Positions 51,935-57,993 of a stretch of 57,993 nucleotides of DNA are shown one piece after another (the first letter of the stretch is position 1; each line of letters begins with the position of its first letter). A model generated the notes under the pieces. It had not been told where the DNA came from. It ran no database searches and saw only the letters and a list, made by a program, of their open reading frames with translations. The translations under genes were made by a program, and so were the position numbers. The stretch is from Alphaproteobacteria bacterium (GTDB lineage Bacteria > Pseudomonadota > Alphaproteobacteria > Rhizobiales > Xanthobacteraceae): positions 1-57,993 of the forward strand of contig JAXDOS010000150.1 of the NCBI GenBank assembly GCA_034668785.1. The letters are read 5' to 3'.

Positions 51935-52117
51935 CTTAAAAAGTATCCGTTGCGCCGGCACGCCGCCGAGCATGGCTTTAGCCACGCCCGTTCTTATATA
52001 TAAGCTACGCAAGCGGGGCATCACGCCTATAAAAATCGTCCTTAGCTGGCCGGGACTTGACGCCTCTCGGGCCTGTCCTAGAGTGCCGCCGCGTGACGTT
52101 TATTGGAGGTTTTTTCA

Positions 52118-53233
52118 GTGGCAGAAAAAGTGCTGGCGGCGGTGAGAGTGGGTCCGAGCAAGACCGAAATCCAAGAATTCCCCATGCCGGACATCCCGGA
52201 AGACGCCGCCTTGCTGAAGATGGAGGTCGCCGGCATCTGCGGCACCGACGTCAAGCTCTACGCGCATCCGCCCAACGACGAGCCGACGATCATGGGCCAC
52301 GAGAATATCGGCGTCATCGCCAAGGCCGGCCGCGAATTCACCCGGCGCAAGGGCTTCAAGGAAGGCGACCTCGTCTTTGTCGAGCACTATGTGATGTGCG
52401 GCAAATGCGAATGGTGCCACAGAGGCCAATATCGCCACTGCGAGAACACCAACTGGCGCACCAATCCCGACGCCATCCGCTACGGCTACACGTCGGCGAG
52501 GAAGCCCCCGCATCTGTGGGGCGGCTTTGCTCAATATGTGTACCTGCCGTGGAATGCCGTGGTGCATCACGTGCCGAAGAACGTCACGCCGGAACTGGCG
52601 GGCCTGGTTACGCCGATGGCGAACGGCGTGGAATGGTCGCTGTTCGACGGCGGCGTCAAATACAATTCAACCGTGCTCATTCAAGGCCCGGGCCAGCAGG
52701 GCCTGTCGCAGACCGTGATCTGCAAACAGGCAGGCGCCTCGCTGATCATCGTCACCGGCACGTCGAAGGACGCAGCCCGAATGAAGGTTGCGAAGGAGCT
52801 TGGCGCCGACTACGTCATCGACGTGCAGAAGGAAGACCCGCTTGAGCGGATCATGCAGATCACCGGCGGCAAGGGCGTCGACGTATCGCTCGATTGCACC
52901 GCAGGCGCCGGCACCATCCCGATCCTGCTCGGCATCGAGGCGCTCAAGCGCAAGGGTGGCACCATCGTGGTGCAGGGCGAGTTGAAGGATTTCCCGAACT
53001 TCCCGCTGGAGAAGTTCACGGTGAAGTTCATCACCATGCATAGCGCCCGGGGCCACAGCTATGAGGCTTGCGAACTGGCGCTGGCGCAGCTTGCCTCGCA
53101 TCGCTTCCCGCTGGAGAAGGTCACGACGCACCGCTTCCCGCTCAAAGATGTCGATCTCGCGATCCGCTCCGTCGGCAACCAACCAGGCGGCGTGCCCGAC
53201 GTGATCCATGCTTCTCTAATGCCTTGGCTGTAG
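52118..53233 (+). CDS. zinc-dependent medium-chain alcohol dehydrogenase/reductase
   Basis: The track ORF 52103..53233 is trimmed to the GTG at 52118, 8 nt after GGAGG. It has GICGTDVKLY, GHENIG, the structural-Zn loop CGKCEWCHRGQYRHC, and the Rossmann motif VLIQGPGQQG. Confidence 0.8.
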   Translation: MAEKVLAAVRVGPSKTEIQEFPMPDIPEDAALLKMEVAGICGTDVKLYAHPPNDEPTIMGHENIGVIAKAGREFTRRKGFKEGDLVFVEHYVMCGKCEWCHRGQYRHCENTNWRTNPDAIRYGYTSARKPPHLWGGFAQYVYLPWNAVVHHVPKNVTPELAGLVTPMANGVEWSLFDGGVKYNSTVLIQGPGQQGLSQTVICKQAGASLIIVTGTSKDAARMKVAKELGADYVIDVQKEDPLERIMQITGGKGVDVSLDCTAGAGTIPILLGIEALKRKGGTIVVQGELKDFPNFPLEKFTVKFITMHSARGHSYEACELALAQLASHRFPLEKVTTHRFPLKDVDLAIRSVGNQPGGVPDVIHASLMPWL

Positions 53234-53302
53234 GCCCATCCCGGCTTAACTCGCTCGCAGACACCGAGACGGACCCTTCACCGGAAAGTATTCGGATCGG
53301 CC

Positions 53303-54142
53303 ATGGAAAAGGGAAAGGCCAACAGCAAACCCGATACCGGGCCGGAGCGGAAGCGACTCTCTTCCGTCGCCACCGCGCTCCAGCTGCTCAAATCCTTCTC
53401 CGAGGAGCAGGTCGAGATTGGCATCAGCGCCCTGGCGCGCCGCCTCGGCGTTGCCAAGAGTACGGCGCACCGTCTGGCGGCCACGCTCGTTTCCGAAGGG
53501 ATGCTGGAGCAGGATCCAGAGACGGAAAAATATCGGCTCGGAATCGCACTGTTCAGACTGGGCGCGCTGGTGCGGCGGCGGATGGACGTCTCCAACCAAG
53601 CGCGGCCTTACCTTTATGAGCTGCGCGAAAAGACCAACGAGACGGTGCATCTCGCGATCCTGGACGGCACCGAGATCATGTATGTCTATAATCTTGAAAG
53701 CACGCAGGCGATCCGGATGCGGTCCGATATAGGCGTGCGCAAGCCGGCCTATTGCACGGCGGAAGGCCAAGCGATTCTCGCCTTCCGCCCGCCGGAAGTC
53801 ATCGATCAAGTCATTCAGCGCGGCCTACTCCCGCTCACGCCGCAAACCATCACCGACCCGGCGAAGCTGCTCAAGGCGCTCGGTGTCGTCCGCCAGCGCG
53901 GCTGCGCCATCGAGGATGAGGAGAGCGAGATCGGGATGCGCAGCATTTCGGCGCCGATCCGCAACGATGCCGGCGAAGTGGTGGCTTCCGTGGGAGTGGC
54001 GGGACCGGCGACGCGCTTGTCGAAGAAGGCCATCGCGGCCTTCGTCCCGCATGTCATTGAAACCGCCGACCTGGTTTCCCGCCGCCTCGGCTACAGGGCA
54101 GCGGATCAGGCGCGCAGCGCGGTGAGCATCGATTCGATATAG
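53303..54142 (+). CDS. IclR-family transcriptional regulator
   Basis: 279 aa. The wHTH region is ALQLLKSFSEEQVEIGISALARRLGVAKSTAHRLAATL. The C-terminal effector domain has GMRSISAPIRNDAGEVVASVGVAGP. Confidence 0.85.
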   Translation: MEKGKANSKPDTGPERKRLSSVATALQLLKSFSEEQVEIGISALARRLGVAKSTAHRLAATLVSEGMLEQDPETEKYRLGIALFRLGALVRRRMDVSNQARPYLYELREKTNETVHLAILDGTEIMYVYNLESTQAIRMRSDIGVRKPAYCTAEGQAILAFRPPEVIDQVIQRGLLPLTPQTITDPAKLLKALGVVRQRGCAIEDEESEIGMRSISAPIRNDAGEVVASVGVAGPATRLSKKAIAAFVPHVIETADLVSRRLGYRAADQARSAVSIDSI

Positions 54143-54618
54143 TCTTCGTCGTCGGCGACCACGAGCATCGACGCATAGGGGCGCAGGTGCAACAGGGTGT
54201 CCGAGAGCGCTTGATCCGATGCCGCCCCGCGATCGAGAATCAATGCCGTTGTCATCACGCGCTTGAGGCTGCACGCCTCGCCGATCACGGAAGCCGCTTC
54301 GGCTTTGTTGCCCGCGGTCGCGACCATCACCACCAGGTCGGCGGTATTGATCTCGTCGATCAGCTTGCTGGTGCGCCCGGCGAGATCATTGAGCCAGGCC
54401 TTCATTGACCAGTCGGCGCCGCCCTGCGGAGGGCTTTCAAAGTGCAGCGAGGTAAAAAAGGTGGCGCTGTTCCAGCGCTCGGCGGCGAGGCGTTTGACCA
54501 CTTGTTCGCTGCGTTCATCCAGCGCGATAACTTTGATGGCGCGAGGCTTGGAGTTCGGCGCATTAATGCGGAACTTCGACTCTGTCGCCGTGGTCATGCG
54601 GGCGCTTTCACTCAGCAT
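54106..54618 (-). CDS. hypothetical protein; possible degenerate FtsZ/tubulin-like Rossmann fragment
   Basis: 170 aa; an alternative start is ATG at 54597. IKVIALDERSEQVVKRL and ADLVVMVATAGNKAEAASVIGEACSLKRVMTTALIL line up by eye with FtsZ IKVIGVGGGG.NAV and ADMVFI.AGMGGGTGTGAAPV.A..AK..G.LTVAVVT. The glycine-rich GTP motifs are lost. It overlaps the IclR 3' end by 37 nt. Confidence 0.35.
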   Translation of the reverse strand: MLSESARMTTATESKFRINAPNSKPRAIKVIALDERSEQVVKRLAAERWNSATFFTSLHFESPPQGGADWSMKAWLNDLAGRTSKLIDEINTADLVVMVATAGNKAEAASVIGEACSLKRVMTTALILDRGAASDQALSDTLLHLRPYASMLVVADDEDYIESMLTALRA

Positions 54619-54686
54619 CTTCTAACTCCTGGCCGAAGGGGCACATCCCACCTTAGCATCGGTGGCTCAGTTAAGAGCAACTCAGA

Positions 54687-55970
54687 TCAGACGGAGGCAT
54701 GGGCCAGACCGGGCCGAACCTTGAGTTCCTCTTTCGCGGCATCCTTGAACGGCTGGTCGACCGGCAAAATCACCGAAGCGGAGCGGACCAGTTGGTGGGC
54801 TACATCCACGCCGGGCGGGGTCACGCCTTTTTCCGCCGCTGCCTTCGCGGCGCGGATCAAGCGGTGGCGCGCCATGATGATGCCGTTGTCCGTCGACACC
54901 AGGTTTTCCTTGGTCCGATCGACGACGGGCCCCATGCTCTCCTGCAGCGATGCGTCCTGCATGGCGATGCCATGAACACCGCTATAGGTCTTGCCGGCCT
55001 TCTGCGCGTCCCGGTCCATCAGGTAATCATTGTCCTTGTTGGCGAGCGGCCGGAAGTTTTCATCAACCGGCGCGTGGACGCCTTCGCCGCGGCGGAGCGC
55101 GGCAAGCTCGTCTTTCGATAGCGGCCGGGTAGAATGGTAGTCGAAGCTCCAGGCCCAGCAGTTTTCGTCGTCGATCGGAATCCAGAAATGCCCGTGCACT
55201 GGATGGTCGCCGCGCGGCGGCACCATGGTGAAGGACGGCATTACCCAGGGTGTGATGCGCCAGTAATAGTGGCCTTCCTCGGCCTTGCGGCGCGCGCCGA
55301 TGTAAAGCCCGCCCGGCATTTCGACCACTTCGAAGTGCGGCTTGGTATCCGCGAGATTATATTTGTTGCCTTTGGCGCCTTTGAACAGCGGGTCGGATTC
55401 CAGGTCGCCGCTATGCAAGAATGAAACGTGGCTGGAATCGATGCCGCCTTCCATGGCCTGCAGCCAGTTAGATTCCTGAAGCCGCTTCGAGGTGTAACTC
55501 TGATTGGCGGGGACGGTGGCGAATTCCCACTCCGGCAGGGGAGGCTGTTTGTCGGGCGGACCCATATAGGTCCACAGAATATGACCGCGTTGTACCAGGG
55601 GATAGGATTTCAGCTTGATCTTCTGGCAGAAGCCGCTTTCCGCCGGCTCCGATGGCACATCGATGCATTGGCCAGTCACGTCGTATTTCCAGCCGTGATA
55701 GGGACATCGCAGCCCGTTCTCCTCGTTGCGGCCGAACCAGAGCGACACGCCGCGATGAGCGCAGAATTCGTCCATCAGGCCATAGCGGCCCTGGGTGTCG
55801 CGGAAAGCCAGCAGCCGCTCCGACAGCAATTTTACCCGGACCGGAGGGCACTCATTCTCGGGAAGTTCGCTGGCGAGAAGGACGGGGATCCAGTAGCTGC
55901 GGAACAACTGACCCCCCGGCGTGCCCGGGCCGGTCTTGGTGATGAGTTCGCTCTGTTCTTTCCTGAGCAT
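54687..55970 (-). CDS. Rieske [2Fe-2S] non-haem-iron oxygenase, phthalate-dioxygenase family, copy 2
   Basis: 427 aa. It is colinear with the 47090..48376 protein and has the same CAHRGVSLWFGRNEE.GLRCPYHGWKY and EGGIDSSHVSFLH motifs. Confidence 0.85.
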   Translation of the reverse strand: MLRKEQSELITKTGPGTPGGQLFRSYWIPVLLASELPENECPPVRVKLLSERLLAFRDTQGRYGLMDEFCAHRGVSLWFGRNEENGLRCPYHGWKYDVTGQCIDVPSEPAESGFCQKIKLKSYPLVQRGHILWTYMGPPDKQPPLPEWEFATVPANQSYTSKRLQESNWLQAMEGGIDSSHVSFLHSGDLESDPLFKGAKGNKYNLADTKPHFEVVEMPGGLYIGARRKAEEGHYYWRITPWVMPSFTMVPPRGDHPVHGHFWIPIDDENCWAWSFDYHSTRPLSKDELAALRRGEGVHAPVDENFRPLANKDNDYLMDRDAQKAGKTYSGVHGIAMQDASLQESMGPVVDRTKENLVSTDNGIIMARHRLIRAAKAAAEKGVTPPGVDVAHQLVRSASVILPVDQPFKDAAKEELKVRPGLAHASV

Positions 55971-56138
55971 GTGCCACTCCCCGGCGTTTCTTCTCGCATT
56001 TCATTGCGAGCACTGCGATTAAACAGGGGTTGACCAGGGTATAAACCTATGGGAAACCCATTGACGCGCGATGTTCCTGTATGCGGAACACAATTCCATT
56101 CCCAATATAACCCGCCAAACGCCGGCAGACAAGCCATC

Positions 56139-56453
56139 ATGACCACGCCCACACGAATAGAACTCTGCAAGACGGAGGAAGTTGCAGCCGGCGAAGCCAA
56201 GCGCGTCGATGCCGCCGGTCTGGAACTGGCTGTCTTCAATGTCGACGGGGAATTCTACGTCACCGATGACGCCTGCACCCACGGTCCCGGATTATTGCAC
56301 GAGGGCTATATCGATGGCGACGTTGTGGAGTGCAATTTCCATAACGGTGCTTTCAATATTCGCACCGGCGCGGTGGCGGCGCCGCCTTGCATGGTCCCGG
56401 TGAAGACCTACCGAACGATTGTCGAGGACGGCAAGGTATTCATCGAGCCGTAA
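56139..56453 (+). CDS. Rieske-type ferredoxin (oxygenase electron-transfer component)
   Basis: The track ORF 56049..56453 is trimmed to the ATG at 56139 (MTTPTRIELCK). It has CTHGPGLLHEG...CNFHNGAFN (CxH...CxxH). It is divergent from Rieske oxygenase copy 2. Confidence 0.8.
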   Translation: MTTPTRIELCKTEEVAAGEAKRVDAAGLELAVFNVDGEFYVTDDACTHGPGLLHEGYIDGDVVECNFHNGAFNIRTGAVAAPPCMVPVKTYRTIVEDGKVFIEP

Positions 56454-56583
56454 ACGCCTTTGTGATTCCCGGTGCGTAGTCGTAGTCGCTATGCAGTCGT
56501 AACAATCGGCACTATCTTGAGGAATTCGACGTCTGGTGAGCAACTCGGGTTGGCTCGTCAACGGCGCAAGGGAGAAGGTAGGA

Positions 56584-57180
56584 ATGACAGGCCTCTACGA
56601 AAAATCGCCCGGCGAAGGCCACAATAAGCCGCCGGAGGACGAAGTCCTTCCCGGAGGCGAGAATTGGGAGCGCTGGTCGAAGAAGCGCATCTTCGTTCGC
56701 GAACTCGCCGGCACCTATAGCGATCTCTACAAATCGCTGATGGAGGAGCCGCGCATCTATCCTTCCAACAAAGTCAAATGGAAGGGCGGGCCGGAGCTCT
56801 TCGGCAAGCACATCATCAGTCCACAACATGCGAATGTGGCGCAATCAATTGAAACACACATTGAGGTCTATGCACCCGGCGCCTATGGACAAAAACACGG
56901 ACACCTTAACAGCGCCGTGTTTTATGTGATCAAGGGCCGCGGCCACGACGTGCATGATGGGAAGCACATTCCCTGGAAAGCCGGCGATGTCATGATCGTC
57001 GAGAATGGCTGCGTGCATCAGCACTTCAATGATGACCAAAACAACGAAGCCTTGCTTCTCGTGTTCAAGGCAAAGCCGCTATTTCATTTTATGAATCTGG
57101 TTTTCCAGAAGATCGTGTCCTATCCGCCGACCACGCCGGCAAAGGGCAACGAGAACTTCCAGCCGCCAACCGATCTGTAG
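56584..57180 (+). CDS. monocupin protein (dioxygenase-like)
   Basis: The track ORF 56536..57180 is trimmed to the ATG at 56584, preceded by GGAGAAGG. The cupin motifs are GQKHGHLNSAVFYVIKGRG and GDVMIVENGCVHQHFN. Confidence 0.7.
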   Translation: MTGLYEKSPGEGHNKPPEDEVLPGGENWERWSKKRIFVRELAGTYSDLYKSLMEEPRIYPSNKVKWKGGPELFGKHIISPQHANVAQSIETHIEVYAPGAYGQKHGHLNSAVFYVIKGRGHDVHDGKHIPWKAGDVMIVENGCVHQHFNDDQNNEALLLVFKAKPLFHFMNLVFQKIVSYPPTTPAKGNENFQPPTDL

Positions 57181-57197
57181 GGCAGGAGAGAAAAAAT

Positions 57198-57761
57198 ATG
57201 GCAAAAGCTCTCGACGAGCGTGACTTCGCCCATGTTGGCGGCGGCACCTGCAGTTTTCGCGCCGAGGATGTCAACGCGTCCGTGGAATTTCGTCGCGATT
57301 ACGAGCAGCGCGCGAATGTCGTGACGGCGGAAGAAATGCCGTTCGAACAATCCGCTGACGGCCTCATCAAGCATCTCATTCATCACAAGATGAATACGCC
57401 GGAGTGCTGCGTTGAAGCCTATATGCAATTCCTCAAGCCCGGCGAGCAGTCGGGCAAACATCGGCATATGTGGGAAGAGGTTATCTTCGTCGTCGAAGGG
57501 TCAGGTTATGACCTGCATTGGGACTTCCGCTTCGACTGCCTTGAGCAATTCGAATGGAAGTGGGCCGATGAGCCGAAGCGTTTTGAATGGAAACGCGGTG
57601 ATTTCATCTATGTCCCGCCTTTTGTCACCCACCAGCACTTCAATGCCGATGACAAATCGGACGCGAGACTTATCGTGATCAGCAACCGCATCATCAAAGA
57701 GATGGGGTTCAACTGGTTCGATCAACTGGAAAACGCGCCAGACGCACCGGCGACGAAGTGA
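57198..57761 (+). CDS. monocupin protein (dioxygenase-like), second of an adjacent pair
   Basis: 187 aa. It has GKHRHMWEEVIFVVEGSG (cupin motif 1) and GDFIYVPPFVTHQHFN (motif 2). It starts 18 nt after the previous cupin gene, with GGAGAG upstream. Confidence 0.7.
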   Translation: MAKALDERDFAHVGGGTCSFRAEDVNASVEFRRDYEQRANVVTAEEMPFEQSADGLIKHLIHHKMNTPECCVEAYMQFLKPGEQSGKHRHMWEEVIFVVEGSGYDLHWDFRFDCLEQFEWKWADEPKRFEWKRGDFIYVPPFVTHQHFNADDKSDARLIVISNRIIKEMGFNWFDQLENAPDAPATK

Positions 57762-57763
57762 TT

Positions 57764-57862
57764 GTCATTCCGGGGCGCCGCGAAGCGGCGAGCCCGGAAT
57801 CCATATTCATAGATCGGAGTTATGGATTCCGGGCCCGCGCCTTCGGCGCGTCCCGGAATGAC
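57764..57862. repeat. compound palindromic REP-like element
   Basis: gtcattccggggcgccgcgaagcggcgagcccggaatccat ... atggattccgggcccgcgccttcggcgcgtcccggaatgac. Confidence 0.8.
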
Positions 57863-57864
57863 GC

Positions 57865-57993
57865 CTACTGTATCGCCTTGCCCTTCCGAACACTCTGGTC
57901 GAGCAGCTTCAGGTTATTGCCTACGTAGATGTTGGCCGGATCCTGCGCCTTCGCCGCCATGAGCTTTTCGCGCGCTCGGCGGTAGTCGCTGCG
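57865..57993 (-). CDS. 3' end of an unidentified gene running off the right edge
   Basis: The reverse complement reads ...RSDYRRAREKLMAAKAQDPANIYVGNNLKLLDQSVRKGKAIQ followed by a stop (cta at 57865..57867). The frame stays open to the window end. It is not in the track because no start lies in the window. Confidence 0.35.
   Translation of the reverse strand, partial: RSDYRRAREKLMAAKAQDPANIYVGNNLKLLDQSVRKGKAIQ

Noticed and set aside
1-57993. Search for transposases, integrases, IS inverted repeats, tRNA/rRNA genes and CRISPR arrays
   Set aside because: No ORF showed DDE or tyrosine/serine recombinase motifs. No cloverleaf-compatible tRNA sequence or rRNA-like conserved block was noticed. Only REP-type palindromes were found. 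A covariance-model scan (tRNAscan-SE, Infernal) would be needed to exclude small RNAs.

Overview
High-GC alphaproteobacterial chromosome segment. The compound palindromic repeats of the gtcattccgg...ccggaatgac type suggest a Bradyrhizobium/Rhodopseudomonas-like organism, which is an inference. No rRNA, tRNA, CRISPR array, transposase or integrase was recognised.

LEFT PART (about 1-42.4 kb): one large, mosaic surface-polysaccharide cluster of O-antigen/LPS type with ABC-transporter-dependent export. It contains:
- fcl-gmd.
- A complete GDP-D-glycero-alpha-D-manno-heptose activation set (gmhA, gmhB, hddA, hddC), plus a transaldolase-family aldolase.
- A translationally coupled run of four dehydrogenase/epimerase genes.
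- Two modules of a methyltransferase-GT2 fusion next to a UPF0104 flippase-like membrane protein.
- Two GT-C-like membrane proteins.
- Nine methyltransferase domains in total.
- An acyl/amino/hydroxyl tailoring block: FemAB-like protein, SGNH hydrolase, NeuD-type acetyltransferase, beta-propeller protein, two FkbM methyltransferases, PhyH dioxygenase and DegT aminotransferase.
- A two-domain GT4, a GT2 and wzm-wzt.

Items in the cluster that ordinary O-antigen logic does not explain:
- An orphan phage-tail-fibre-like protein with a C-terminal Peptidase_S74 intramolecular-chaperone domain.
- A methyltransferase fused to a long coiled coil built partly from 75-bp tandem repeats, a candidate chain terminator and molecular ruler.
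- A secreted beta-helix protein.
- A duplicated gene-end scar flanking an inserted methyltransferase cassette.
- An SDR gene with no canonical start codon.

RIGHT PART (about 42.4-58 kb): REP-rich, higher-GC core and catabolic DNA. It contains a PanB-like enzyme, an alpha/beta hydrolase with a Cys at the nucleophile position, a low-GC islet encoding a lone HEPN-motif protein, and a Bug/TctC binding protein. It also holds an aromatic-acid catabolic set: two paralogous phthalate-family Rieske oxygenases, a Rieske ferredoxin, a LigJ-like amidohydrolase, an HpcH aldolase, a dihydroxyphthalate-decarboxylase-like protein, a Zn-ADH, an IclR regulator and two monocupins.

All functional calls rest on motif and family recognition by eye from the translated ORFs. 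No database search was run.
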